From Fibrobacteria bacterium (GTDB lineage: Bacteria; Fibrobacterota; Fibrobacteria; UBA11236), in the NCBI GenBank assembly GCA_041746255.1, contig JBGTHM010000097.1, positions 14,083 through 78,082 on the forward strand: 64,000 nt of DNA, read 5' to 3'. Position numbers and translations under genes: made by a program. Shown here piece after piece: positions 28,514 to 38,512 of the stretch. Numbering within the stretch: the stretch's first letter is position 1; every line of letters starts with the position of its first letter. A model generated the notes under the pieces. The model did no database searches. It was not told the origin of the DNA and was given only the letters and a program-made list of their open reading frames with translations.

Positions 28514-28802
28514 GTCTTGTTCCTTTCAAGTAACCGGAAATTTGTAGTATAGATGGCATAAGTTAACGGATTTGCGTGCTTCCGGTTTTTTGCTTCGGAA
28601 TCCAGATTACATAAGTGTTCCAATTGTTCTCAGAAATTGTTAAATGGATTTCCCAACCAAGGCTTCAGGCCCGGTATGAAGGGCGGCGAAACCTTTAAAA
28701 TTGGGCAGTATAGGCTCCCCATGGCTGGAGAAACAATCGAACAGTTGGGACATTTGGGCATTCAAACCCGCTTCCATGAGCGGACATCCCGCCTAATTTC
28801 TG

Positions 28803-30431
28803 TTGCACATGCTTAAAAAATCTTGCTCGCGTTTTATTGTGGTCGCCGCCCTTGTGCTCGGCCCAGGCGGTTTACTTCCAGTTAAGGCCCAATTGGGACC
28901 CATCGAGTTGCATACCGACGGCAAAAAGGTATCGCCTTGGGTATATGGAGTAGAGAACTCCGCCAGCCCCTTGGCTCTCGGTTTCTTTTTGAAATCAGGC
29001 TATGCTTATGAGAGTAACCTGTTCGATAGTCCGAATCATTTCCGCAACCTGGGAACCAACCAAGCCCGCCAGTTTCCCTCGTCGGTGAATATGATGCAGG
29101 ATGGCACAGCTTGGTATTCCGCTACCGGAGCGGAGATGAACTGGGACTTAGGCCAACATCGATTGCGCTTCATGGCCGCTGCGCAAAACTACCGGGTTCC
29201 CGGCAAGGATATGCCAGCGTTTCTGGACGACGGAAAATTCAACGGCTTGCTCGAATCGCTGGCCGACAAATCCTCCTGGAACCTTTATATGCAGCATCGG
29301 TGGAACCTACTCCCTTGGCTGGAACAACAAACCTTACTCCAAATGGACCGTAATTATGCGAAGAACACCGACATTTTCGGCCGCGCGGCCCTGGGCAATG
29401 GTGAAGATTTCCTCCATAATGAAGCGACGGTCGAATACCTGGCCAATACACCGGCTCCGCCGGGTTTGGGAAGAGGACAGGCCTCCCTCATGCTTCAGGC
29501 CCGTCACCGCGAGTATTCCCCTTCCATCAAGAACGTCCCATACTGGATGGCCGACTCGATTCTCCTGATTGAAAAAGACGGCCCACTACTGAACGCCTTT
29601 AACTTCAACGACACCCTGAACGCGGATTACCTGCAATGGCGAGGTCGTCTGCGTCATATTCAAGGCATGCGCCATGGGTTTTCTTCACGCGTGTCATTCG
29701 ATTTGATAAAACGCGATTATTCAGACATGCTGGCTAAACTCATCAAGGACACCACCCGGGTTCCGGCAGTGGATATGGGCGACATTCCCGTGATTCCGAT
29801 ATACAACTCGGACAGCGTAGTGATTGGCACTATGCCGCCTCCGGGACATCCCAAGCGTTCCCAATCGGAATACCGCGCCTATGCAGGTTTGCAATACGAC
29901 CCCCCACATGTCAACCATTTGCGTTTGCAGGTAGGCTGGCAATGGTTAAAGGTAACCGATCCCTATCAGGGTTTTTACGGGTATACTCAACGAGGCCTGT
30001 TTGCCTCGACGATTTACGCGCCTTCGAGTCTGGCCCATATCGAATTGGCCATGAGGGTGAGCCAGCGTACTTATGACGAATTGTTGGCAAACCTGCAATA
30101 CTGGGCGCCACGCGGAGTCAATCAAGTGGAATTCAACAACGGCGCGCCCGTAAAAACCGTCACCATCGACGAACTCGGGAATCCCAGGAACATTTACGAC
30201 ATTAGCTACCAAGGGGCGACCCGGCTGGCTACCCAATCCGTGGCCGTCAGTTTGCGGGGACAATTGCCGGTATGGCGGAATCTGGCGCTATGGGCCCATA
30301 TGTTCCTGGATATGCGCAACAGTAACCGACCGGATACGGAAATGTTGAGTCGGGAATACTACAACCATCTGGTGGGAGCCGGGATTACCGTATACATGGA
30401 CTACAATCACAAAAAAAGGGGTGACCTATGA
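28803..30431 (+). CDS. Putative outer-membrane beta-barrel protein, first gene of the glycan-utilisation operon
   Basis: Signal peptide (FIVVAALVLGPGGLLPVKAQ). Alternating hydrophobic/aromatic strands throughout (RLRFMAAAQNY, LRLQVGWQWLKV, VAVSLRGQL, ALWAHMFLDM, GAGITVYMDY). No family was recognised. Confidence 0.5.
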   Translation: MHMLKKSCSRFIVVAALVLGPGGLLPVKAQLGPIELHTDGKKVSPWVYGVENSASPLALGFFLKSGYAYESNLFDSPNHFRNLGTNQARQFPSSVNMMQDGTAWYSATGAEMNWDLGQHRLRFMAAAQNYRVPGKDMPAFLDDGKFNGLLESLADKSSWNLYMQHRWNLLPWLEQQTLLQMDRNYAKNTDIFGRAALGNGEDFLHNEATVEYLANTPAPPGLGRGQASLMLQARHREYSPSIKNVPYWMADSILLIEKDGPLLNAFNFNDTLNADYLQWRGRLRHIQGMRHGFSSRVSFDLIKRDYSDMLAKLIKDTTRVPAVDMGDIPVIPIYNSDSVVIGTMPPPGHPKRSQSEYRAYAGLQYDPPHVNHLRLQVGWQWLKVTDPYQGFYGYTQRGLFASTIYAPSSLAHIELAMRVSQRTYDELLANLQYWAPRGVNQVEFNNGAPVKTVTIDELGNPRNIYDISYQGATRLATQSVAVSLRGQLPVWRNLALWAHMFLDMRNSNRPDTEMLSREYYNHLVGAGITVYMDYNHKKRGDL

Positions 30432-31375
30432 AACGCATCATACAACTACAAGCCTTGGCATTGCTATGCCTGACGGGCGCGGCCACGGCCGATGTGGTTC
30501 TGGATAATATGCAGGGCTCAGGGAATCGTAACACCGCCGGCGGCGTCATTTTCGTAGTGGCCGACACCGCGGGCGGCTCTACCTGGACCTATCCCGATAT
30601 CGGTTTTTCCTATTGGAACCTGGCCGATGGCGGACCGGCTCCCGGTGCCGGTAAAGTCACCTATTTGCATGGTACTGTCGGCGGAAAGGGCGATTTCCCC
30701 CATTTGACCTATGGCATGTATTTCGACAATCCCAAATCGGTGCTGGATTTGAGCTGGCTAACCGGCATCGCCTTGCGCGTGCGCGGTGTGGGCCTTTGGC
30801 GCACCAAAATCAAATGCAATATCATCGATTCCTTGGCCATCGCGGATTTGGGCCGCAAGGAGGATCAGGTCGCATGGAAATATTCTTTAACCGGCTTGAG
30901 TTCCACCGAGTTCCAATGGGTGGTGATAACTCCCGAGCAACTTTCGTCCAATGTCGGCGCCATGAACCTCCTTTTGACCCAAAAAGGAATCAGCAAGCGC
31001 GACGTGCTTAAGACCGCCTGGAAATATTATATCCAAACCGATGGCTATACTTCCGCCGATGCGGGTACCGAGGCATGGATCCAGATTTCCGACATCATTT
31101 TTCTGGGACCTCAAAATTCCATTGGCGCATCCATCGTGAAGCCTACCCCGGCTCAATGCGCGGAGATCGGCGCCTGTAGTGGAGGCAGCTCCATTCTGTC
31201 AAGAGGCATTTCTTTTTCAAACAGGATGCCCACGCCCCAATCGCATATTTTCGCATTGGACGGTCGGTTCTTAGGAAAGCATGGTTCTCTCAGTCAAACC
31301 GCATCTTTGCCTAAGCTATACCTAAACAAGGATGAGGGAAAAACCTCCTTGCATTCTTCACTGTCAGGACGTTGA
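30428..31375 (+). CDS. Secreted CBM11/CIA30-like carbohydrate-binding protein
   Basis: Signal peptide (ALALLCLTGAATA). DVVLDNMQGSGNRNTAGG opening typical of this beta-sandwich. Short basic C-terminal tail (IFALDGRFLGK). ATGA overlap with the upstream gene. Confidence 0.55.
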   Translation: MKRIIQLQALALLCLTGAATADVVLDNMQGSGNRNTAGGVIFVVADTAGGSTWTYPDIGFSYWNLADGGPAPGAGKVTYLHGTVGGKGDFPHLTYGMYFDNPKSVLDLSWLTGIALRVRGVGLWRTKIKCNIIDSLAIADLGRKEDQVAWKYSLTGLSSTEFQWVVITPEQLSSNVGAMNLLLTQKGISKRDVLKTAWKYYIQTDGYTSADAGTEAWIQISDIIFLGPQNSIGASIVKPTPAQCAEIGACSGGSSILSRGISFSNRMPTPQSHIFALDGRFLGKHGSLSQTASLPKLYLNKDEGKTSLHSSLSGR

Positions 31376-31381
31376 ACCCAA

Positions 31382-32146
31382 GTGAATTTTCCGAAACTGT
31401 TTTCCTTTTTGGTATTGGGGTCTGCCCTCTCCTTCTCGGACGTCCTTTTGGACGACATGGAGGGAGAGCGCCTCAACCAGGCCCGCTCCGGCGGATACTG
31501 GTTTTTGATTTTGGACGCCAAGTCCCATCAGGATGCCAACTCCCAACTGATCTTTCCTCCCGATCTCAATTTCAGATTCCATGATACGGCAGGTTACGGA
31601 GGCAGTCGCGGCGCCCGGATTCATGTGAAGATAGGTTCGGGCTATCGTTATCCCTTCGCCGGCATCGGATTCAATATCGATAATTTCCGGGAACCCGTCG
31701 ATTTTCTCAAAGTGCATAGCGTGCGCTTTCTGGCTCGCGGCAAGGGAACTTTCCGGCTTAAAATTCGGGACGTTTGGAGTACGCGCCAAACCCCCAATGC
31801 CAATTTCGAGCATGACTTCATCGTTAGTCCGGAGTGGCAGGTTTTTGATTTGGAAACCAAGGACTTTCGCGTTCCCCGAGGTTCCCCATACCGGCGCGAA
31901 GGGAAAACCTGGGAAGACGTGGCCGATTCGGTAATCAGTTTGATTTTTACCACGGCGTCCTATCAGGACAGGGATGCCGGTACCGAAATCAGGCTGGACT
32001 TGGACCTCATCTCCCTGGTGGGTATCGACTCGGCCGGAGCCTCGACCACACGGCCCCCCAAATATCCCCAGCTAAAATCCAACCGGCATTTGGAACGAGG
32101 CATCCGCGAAGAGGATTTTGACGATGCCGGAAGCTCGGAGTATTGA
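31382..32146 (+). CDS. Secreted CBM11/CIA30-like carbohydrate-binding protein, a distant paralog of 30428..31375
   Basis: GTG start and signal peptide (LFSFLVLGSALSFS). DVLLDDMEGERLNQARSGGYWF opening. FLARGKGTFRLKI parallels LRVRGVGLWRTKI of the neighbouring protein. Confidence 0.55.
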   Translation: MNFPKLFSFLVLGSALSFSDVLLDDMEGERLNQARSGGYWFLILDAKSHQDANSQLIFPPDLNFRFHDTAGYGGSRGARIHVKIGSGYRYPFAGIGFNIDNFREPVDFLKVHSVRFLARGKGTFRLKIRDVWSTRQTPNANFEHDFIVSPEWQVFDLETKDFRVPRGSPYRREGKTWEDVADSVISLIFTTASYQDRDAGTEIRLDLDLISLVGIDSAGASTTRPPKYPQLKSNRHLERGIREEDFDDAGSSEY

Positions 32147-33933
32147 TGGAAAGCACTCTGGCCACGGTCGGAAACCTGGACTATGCCATCATTGCGGGCT
32201 ATATGGCCCTGATGTTGTCTCTGGGTGTGATTTTCAAACGCTTCAACAAAAACTCCACCGACTATTTCCGTAGCGGCAGCCGCACGGCCTGGTGGATGGT
32301 GGGCGCCAGCTCATTTATGACCGCCTTCAGCGCCTGGACCTTTACCGGAGCGGCATCGGCGGCCTACAATTCGGGCATCAGCGTAGCGGTTATTTTCATC
32401 GCCAATACCTTCGGCTTCTTGGTCAATGCCGCATTCTTGGCGGGATGGTACCGGCAAATGCGCGTAACCACGCTTCCAGAAGTTCTACGGGAGCGCTTCA
32501 ATAAGGCCACACAACAGGTTTATGCCTGGCTGGGAGTCATCTTCTCCTACCTGATGGCCGGCTTGCACCTTTGGGGCGTATCGATTTTCGCTTCGGCCAT
32601 TTTCGGTTTCCAAGTCGAGCATATCATCATCGTGCTGGGCATCGTTGTGGTCTTCTATAGCACGGTGGGCGGCGCTTGGAGCGTATCGGCCACCGATTTC
32701 GTACAGGCACTCATTCTCATCCCGCTCACCATTCTCGTAGCCATCCTATCGCTTATTGAAATTGGCGGCTTTACCGGCTTGCTCCAATCGTTGAAGTCCG
32801 CGGGATTGGATAATCACCTGGTGCTGGTGGAAACCGGGCCAATGGCCAAATTCACCTTAATCTATTGCATTGCGGTGATAATGAAACAGCTCATGGTCTA
32901 TATCGGCCTAAACGACTCGGTCAAGTATTTCGCCGTTAAGGATGGCACCGAAGCGCGTAAAGCTGCGGCTCTGGCGGGCTGCATGATGTTCGCCGGCAGT
33001 TTGTTGTGGTTCATCCCTCCCGTGGTGGCGCGTTTAAAATATTCCCACCTGGTCGAGGGCATTCCCCTGAAAAATCCGGCGGAGGCTGCCTATGCGGTAG
33101 CGGGAATGCAACTCCTTCCGACCGGCCTGATCGGTTTATTGATGGTGGCGGTGCTCGGCGCGACCATGAGTTCCATGGACAGCAGCCTTAACCGCAACGC
33201 CGCTATTTTTACCCGCGACATCGTGAAAGGTTTGATGTTCCCGAATTTGCGGGAAGAATCGCAATTGCGCATTGGGCAAGGTTTCACCTTGGTATGCGGA
33301 GCGATAGTTATCAGTTTGGCGCTGTACTTCTCCGGTCGGAGCGGCCAAGGCATTTTCGAAACCATGATGCAAATTGGCGGCTTAGTGGCCATTCCCAAGC
33401 TGGTGCCTCTGCTTTGGGCACTCTTCGTACGGAACTCACCCCAGTGGATTGCCTTGGTTTGCGCCGCCTTCGGTTTTACGAATTCAATCTTCCTGGAATT
33501 TTTCTGGGACAGTTATCCCATCAAATTCGGTGCGGACGAAAAATTCCCCACCATCATTTTCACCAACTTCGCTTTAGGCACAGTGGTTTACTGGTTGGGT
33601 ACCTGGTTTTACCCGGCCCGGGACGCTTATCGGGAACGCACAAAGGCCTTTTTTAAACGGATGCATACCCCCGTTAATTTCGAAGAAGAAGTGGGCGGTT
33701 CAGTGGATCGCCAACAATTTCGCATTATCGGTATATCCTGCATGGTGCTGGCTGTCTTCATCCAGATTTTCGGCTTTCTTCCGGGTTCGTCCCGAATCGG
33801 CCTGTTCTTTTTCGTATCTGGTTTTATCGGATTGACCGGTTTGCTTTTCTGGTTCGCTTCGCGGCGCGATAAGTATAACCTTAAGCCCGCTCCACCTCCG
33901 GTAACCCCGGTTCCCATCGAGGAAGAGGCCTGA
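32143..33933 (+). CDS. Sodium:solute symporter family (SSF) transporter
   Basis: 596 aa with about 13-14 TM segments. N-terminal LDYAIIAGYMALMLSLGV...DYFRSG..TAWW is typical of the SSF family. An ATG at 32146 is also possible. Confidence 0.8.
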   Translation: MMESTLATVGNLDYAIIAGYMALMLSLGVIFKRFNKNSTDYFRSGSRTAWWMVGASSFMTAFSAWTFTGAASAAYNSGISVAVIFIANTFGFLVNAAFLAGWYRQMRVTTLPEVLRERFNKATQQVYAWLGVIFSYLMAGLHLWGVSIFASAIFGFQVEHIIIVLGIVVVFYSTVGGAWSVSATDFVQALILIPLTILVAILSLIEIGGFTGLLQSLKSAGLDNHLVLVETGPMAKFTLIYCIAVIMKQLMVYIGLNDSVKYFAVKDGTEARKAAALAGCMMFAGSLLWFIPPVVARLKYSHLVEGIPLKNPAEAAYAVAGMQLLPTGLIGLLMVAVLGATMSSMDSSLNRNAAIFTRDIVKGLMFPNLREESQLRIGQGFTLVCGAIVISLALYFSGRSGQGIFETMMQIGGLVAIPKLVPLLWALFVRNSPQWIALVCAAFGFTNSIFLEFFWDSYPIKFGADEKFPTIIFTNFALGTVVYWLGTWFYPARDAYRERTKAFFKRMHTPVNFEEEVGGSVDRQQFRIIGISCMVLAVFIQIFGFLPGSSRIGLFFFVSGFIGLTGLLFWFASRRDKYNLKPAPPPVTPVPIEEEA

Positions 33934-35567
33934 TGGGCCTGTTTTTACCCTTGTTGCTGGCTGCCGGAACGGCCTGGAGTTGGAATTCCCAACTGCTGTT
34001 ACCCGATGGCGGCGGATTCACCCGAGCAGTGGTTGAACGGGACAGCCTGGATTTCCGTCTGGCGGATTTCTCCTTTGCCGGATACCGGGCGGGAGAAGAT
34101 TCCCTTCCCAACCGGAAACCGGATATCACCTTGTCCCCGGAGACTGGGGATAATGTCAAACGCATCAACGATGCGATACGCAAGTTAGCCAAGCTTCCGA
34201 CCGATTCGCGTGGGATAAGAGGCAAACTCCTTCTCAAAGCGGGTACCTGGGAAATCGGGGATGAAATCCGCATCTTCCATTCCGGCATCATACTGGCCGG
34301 TGAAGGCGCGGATAAAACCTTCCTCTATGTGAATTCCCGGAAATTCGCCCGCAAGGCGGCCATCAGTGTTTCCGGACCCTCCTCAGAGGAATGGAAACGG
34401 ATCCCGGCGGGAACCCACCGCGCCAAAATGTTGGAGGATCCGCCCGATCAGGCCACCTTCGTGCGGGTAGAAACCGCCGACACTTTTAAACCCGGACAAA
34501 TGGTGATTGTTCGACAATGGCCGTCACGGGAATTCTCGCGCGCGCATGGCGCGGACGGCATCAAATTCTGGCCAGCGAGCCTGGATAATACCGCCATTAA
34601 ATTTGCCCGGATGATTCGCGATGTACGCGGAGATACGCTTTTATTTACCGAACCCCTGCGCTATCCCCTCCATGTCCGTTATGGAGCCCATGTCTTTCCC
34701 GCGGCCTTCCTTCAGGAAGTGGGAATCGAGAATTTTTCCATCGGCTTCGCGAAAGGAGATGGCGTGGGAGGAATGGCAAGCACGAACCGCGCGGCGGCGA
34801 TTTATATGAACGACGTGATGAACGGGTGGGTTCGGGGGGTGAAATCTTACCAGCGCGACGAAAACAGCGCTCATTTGCAAAGCTATGGTATCACCTTGCG
34901 CGCATGCAAATGGATTACCGTCCAGGATTGCTCCATGCAAGACCCTCAGAACAAAGGCGTGGGCGGCAACGGATATCTCTATAACCCCGTGACCAGCGAC
35001 GCAATTCTGTTTCGGCGCTGCCGAGCTTCTGGAGGAAGGCATAATTTCGCCCTGCACTACAGTTCCAGCGGATGTGTTATCACCGACAGTTATTCCGCCT
35101 ATTCGCGTTCCGATTTTCATCAATTCCTTTCCACCGAAAATCTTTTCGATAACTTCACCCTGGAAGGGGATTCGCTTACTGCCGGTAACCGCGGCGATAA
35201 AAGCCAGGGTGCATGGTGGACCACCGCCAAGGCGACCCTGTGGAATCTCAAAGGCTCCGGAGCGGTGTACCTGAATTCATGGCATCGAGGCTATTTGATC
35301 GGCGTCGCTCCCGGCATTCGTGTGGGTACCGGTACCCAAAATATTTTGCAGGATTATGGAGATACCTATTTGCCGGAGCTCCAATGGGTCGAACCCGGCC
35401 CAGAGGGTGAAGCATTGGATCCTCCTTCACTTTACGAATTCCAGCTTAAGGAACGCTTAAGTTCCGGAACCAGGGTTTTCCAAACCGACGCTTTGGTTGA
35501 GAGGGAAAATGCAACGCGAAACCTGGAGCCTCAGGATAGATTGAATATGGAGGATCATTCGCAATGA
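33933..35567 (+). CDS. Secreted pectate-lyase-fold (right-handed beta-helix) protein, putative glycan depolymerase
   Basis: N-terminal FSFAGYRAGEDSLP...GDNVKRINDAIRKLAKLP...GKLLLKAGTWEIGDEIRI.HSGIILAGEG resembles the Pectate_lyase_3-type N-terminus. GGNGYLYNP / GGRHNF coils. TGATG overlap with the SSF gene. Confidence 0.6.
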   Translation: MGLFLPLLLAAGTAWSWNSQLLLPDGGGFTRAVVERDSLDFRLADFSFAGYRAGEDSLPNRKPDITLSPETGDNVKRINDAIRKLAKLPTDSRGIRGKLLLKAGTWEIGDEIRIFHSGIILAGEGADKTFLYVNSRKFARKAAISVSGPSSEEWKRIPAGTHRAKMLEDPPDQATFVRVETADTFKPGQMVIVRQWPSREFSRAHGADGIKFWPASLDNTAIKFARMIRDVRGDTLLFTEPLRYPLHVRYGAHVFPAAFLQEVGIENFSIGFAKGDGVGGMASTNRAAAIYMNDVMNGWVRGVKSYQRDENSAHLQSYGITLRACKWITVQDCSMQDPQNKGVGGNGYLYNPVTSDAILFRRCRASGGRHNFALHYSSSGCVITDSYSAYSRSDFHQFLSTENLFDNFTLEGDSLTAGNRGDKSQGAWWTTAKATLWNLKGSGAVYLNSWHRGYLIGVAPGIRVGTGTQNILQDYGDTYLPELQWVEPGPEGEALDPPSLYEFQLKERLSSGTRVFQTDALVERENATRNLEPQDRLNMEDHSQ

Positions 35568-36604
35568 TATCCAAATATTTTTTGTTCGGAATCCTCCTGA
35601 TGGGAATCGTCTCAGCCGCCGAAAAGCTGGACGTATCCTTCGACAACCAGAATTTAGGAACTTATACGCGCTCGAAAATGCGCGTTGAATGGGCCGGTGA
35701 AAACTGGGACAACGGCCTGGGGGAAGGGCGCGGCCGCATCGTAGATGGCGCAAACGCCTATGCCGGCAAAGCGCTGGAAGTCCGCTACCTGGGTGGAAAA
35801 TTCGGACCCGAAGCGGGTGTGCAATTCCAGGGGAATTTCACGGCAACAGACGCCGCCACCCTGGAATACCGCGTCAAATTTCCGGCGGGTTTCAAATGGA
35901 CCAAAGGCGGAAAACTTCCCGGTTTATGCGGTGGGACTTGCAGCACGGGAGACGAGAATCCAACCGGGGCCAACGGCTGGAGCGCGCGTTATATGTGGAG
36001 AGAGAACGGGCAGGCTATCCTTTATCTTTATCACATGAATTGGACCAACCACGGAGACCAACTCGATCTGAAGCTTTCCGGCGCGAATGTGCGATTCGAG
36101 ACCGGCCGCTGGCATCATCTCAAGCAATCCATTAAAATGAACACCCCGGACAAAAGAGACGGCCAAATCATTGTCTGGCTGGATGGTAAAGAGGTGTTAC
36201 GCACAGCTTTCGTGAAGTTTCGCTCCGTCCCAACCTTGAAAATCAACAAGGTCTACTTTTCCACCTTCTTCGGAGGCAGCGATAACTCCTGGTCTCCTTC
36301 ATCGGAACAAATCGCTTATTTCGACGACTTTCATATCTATCCCGACAAGCCTTCCAGTGGCCTGGCATTCCAAGCCACCCAAAACGGATTGATCCGCTCC
36401 GCAACTCCCGGATGGACCCGCCTGACCGCCCCATCCCCAGTCGGCACCTGGATTCTTTCGGACTCCCGAGGAAAAACTTTTGGGCGGTACGATGGAGAAG
36501 TGCTTTCCCAAGGGAAATGGATCTCCATGACTCCGGGAAACTATTATTGGCTATGGCATGAAAACAACGCGACGAATCCTGTCAGGACGGTCCCCCACCG
36601 TTAA
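35564..36604 (+). CDS. PL14-like polysaccharide lyase (concanavalin-like fold), secreted
   Basis: ALEVRYLGGKFGPEAG..TLEYRVKFPAGFKWTKGGKLPGLCGG...GWSARYMWRENGQAILYLYHMN...RWHHLKQSIKMN...GQIIVWLDGKEV...YFSTFFGG...AYFDDFHIY. ATGA overlap with the upstream gene. Confidence 0.65.
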   Translation: MISKYFLFGILLMGIVSAAEKLDVSFDNQNLGTYTRSKMRVEWAGENWDNGLGEGRGRIVDGANAYAGKALEVRYLGGKFGPEAGVQFQGNFTATDAATLEYRVKFPAGFKWTKGGKLPGLCGGTCSTGDENPTGANGWSARYMWRENGQAILYLYHMNWTNHGDQLDLKLSGANVRFETGRWHHLKQSIKMNTPDKRDGQIIVWLDGKEVLRTAFVKFRSVPTLKINKVYFSTFFGGSDNSWSPSSEQIAYFDDFHIYPDKPSSGLAFQATQNGLIRSATPGWTRLTAPSPVGTWILSDSRGKTFGRYDGEVLSQGKWISMTPGNYYWLWHENNATNPVRTVPHR

Positions 36605-38330
36605 AGCCGATTCCCCAACTCGGGAAGGAGAACTCGTGATCCGGCCCACCCAAGCTGAAAAAATCGCACAAGTGCTCGAACGGAGAATCCAGGACGATTC
36701 CAGTCCCGTTCTGCCGCCCATGCGAACTTTAGCCCAAGAATACCGGGTTTCCTTGAATACCGTTCACAAAGCCGTTGCCCGTCTGAAAAGCCTGGGAATG
36801 GTGGAGGTCTACCAGGGCGGGAAAATCCGGATTCAGGGTCGACATAGCAGCGCCGAATTAGAGTGGCGTCCCAAACCCACTTCTCGCGAATTCATCTATC
36901 AATTCGTTCGTGATCGGATTTGCAGTGGAGTCTATCCCATCGGCAAACCTCTGCCCAAGGTGGCTTATCTGGCTTCCAGTCAAAATCTTTCGCACCATGC
37001 CGTTACGGCTTCTTATCGTCGTCTGGAAACCGAAAATCTGGCGCGTAAAGAAGGCCGGCTCTGGATGGCCGGTCCGCGACCGCCCAAAGTGGAAGCGGAA
37101 TTTCTGAGGCAACCCGTAATTGTGCTGCTACAATCCCATGAGGATTTTTGGATTCACACGGCTCAGCGCCCGTTTTTCGAATCCTTCTGCCGCAGTTTTC
37201 AGGCCGAAATGGAAGCCGCCGGCGTGCAATTGATGCCCGCATTGTTTTCCGAACGCGGAGAAGCGGGAGGAGGCCTTCCGGCAGGACAGATTGCCGTATT
37301 CACTTTGATTCGCTCCTTGGGGACACGCTATCGGGGCGCTTTGATTCTCAATGCCGCCAAAGAGGTGAGGGACTTGGAAAAGTGGGTACAAGGGCTCTCC
37401 CGGTTCAATCGACCGGTAATCTGGTTCGACCGCCTTAAAGAAAACCCCAAATTCCGTACCCGCTCCAGCCAATTTACCCGCTGCCATAGCGCCGAGGATC
37501 GCGCCGTGGATCAGGTGGTCACCTTCCTTACCGGCCTGGGGCACCGCCACATGGCGTATGCCGCATTGAGTCGGGAAAAATGGGCCGCTTATCGCGGAGA
37601 CCTTATCCGGCAGGTTTTGCGGGAGAGGGTTCCCGGCGGTGAATTGCACCTGGCGGAAAAAGATTCCCGAATTTTTCTGGAAGGGCCGATGCCGCAAAGA
37701 ATGGCCGCCTTGAAGGCCGTATCGGAATCGGAAACCGTTCCGGCCGCGGTCCGGAAAGCCATTCGTTTGCTGGCCAAGCTCAAAGATGAGAACGGTGAAA
37801 AACTGCCGTGGAAAATCCGTACGGCCTACAGCGAAGACCCTTGGCAAGGGGTGGCGGCGTTACTGGAAGAAATTGAAGCCGACCCCCATCGCGTACCCCC
37901 CCTGCTGGAACTGTTTCCTTCTTACCGCAACCTGCCCTGGCTGGTGATGCTCTATCCCTTGCTGAGATCCATTTTGGAAAACCCCCTTATTACAGCCATA
38001 ATCGCACCCAATGACTTTCTCGGCCATAAACTCAACTACTGCTTAAAAGCCATGGGTATCGCGGTACCCCAGAAAATCTCCCTGATTTCCTTCGACAATC
38101 AATGGTTCCTGCAAAGCCTGCCGGTGACCACGGTGGATTTCGGCTATTCCTATCTCGGGTTCGCGGCTTTCCACCAAATCGCCCAGGATATCGACTTGAA
38201 AGTGATTGACGGCAATATTCCGGCCCAACCCCGGATCATGCACCGGGGATCGGTGGCGGCACCCTCCAAGTTTTACCCGGATCCGGTTGAAATATCAGCC
38301 TCCCGGAGAGAGTCCAAACAAAGGAGATGA
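36558..38330 (+). CDS. Transcriptional regulator with two tandem GntR-type winged-HTH domains fused to a LacI/AraR-type periplasmic-binding-protein-like sensor domain
   Basis: wHTH 1: LPPMRTLAQEYRVSLNTVHKAVARLKSLGMVEVYQGGKIRI. wHTH 2: PLPKVAYLASSQNLSHHAVTASYRRLETENLARKEGRLWMAG. C-terminal AIIAPNDFLGHKLNYCLKAMGIAVPQKISLISFDN. An alternative start at GTG 36636 follows gaaggag and removes the 47-nt overlap. Confidence 0.7.
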   Translation: MKTTRRILSGRSPTVKADSPTREGELVIRPTQAEKIAQVLERRIQDDSSPVLPPMRTLAQEYRVSLNTVHKAVARLKSLGMVEVYQGGKIRIQGRHSSAELEWRPKPTSREFIYQFVRDRICSGVYPIGKPLPKVAYLASSQNLSHHAVTASYRRLETENLARKEGRLWMAGPRPPKVEAEFLRQPVIVLLQSHEDFWIHTAQRPFFESFCRSFQAEMEAAGVQLMPALFSERGEAGGGLPAGQIAVFTLIRSLGTRYRGALILNAAKEVRDLEKWVQGLSRFNRPVIWFDRLKENPKFRTRSSQFTRCHSAEDRAVDQVVTFLTGLGHRHMAYAALSREKWAAYRGDLIRQVLRERVPGGELHLAEKDSRIFLEGPMPQRMAALKAVSESETVPAAVRKAIRLLAKLKDENGEKLPWKIRTAYSEDPWQGVAALLEEIEADPHRVPPLLELFPSYRNLPWLVMLYPLLRSILENPLITAIIAPNDFLGHKLNYCLKAMGIAVPQKISLISFDNQWFLQSLPVTTVDFGYSYLGFAAFHQIAQDIDLKVIDGNIPAQPRIMHRGSVAAPSKFYPDPVEISASRRESKQRR

Positions 38331-38512
38331 CATCCCCTTGATATCCTTGCCCACCAGGCCTCAGTCCCGCAGCGAACTTCGCTGGTGTTGGGAATCCCAC
38401 CTCCCTGGCGCGCCATTATTCCGGGCGAAAATCCTCTTTAGAAATTACCCGTATTTGAGTCTATCGTTTAAGGAATTAATCGCTTGCACGCAAAAACCGG
38501 CAACTGAATAGT

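Noticed and set aside
28622-28660. AATTGTT direct repeat (28622 and 28635) and GAAAT-N10-ATTTC inverted repeat in the divergent promoter between the GH3 operon and the utilisation operon.
   Set aside because: The motifs are short and AT-rich in an AT-rich intergenic region, so they could easily arise by chance. They are mentioned only as a place to look for the regulator's operator.
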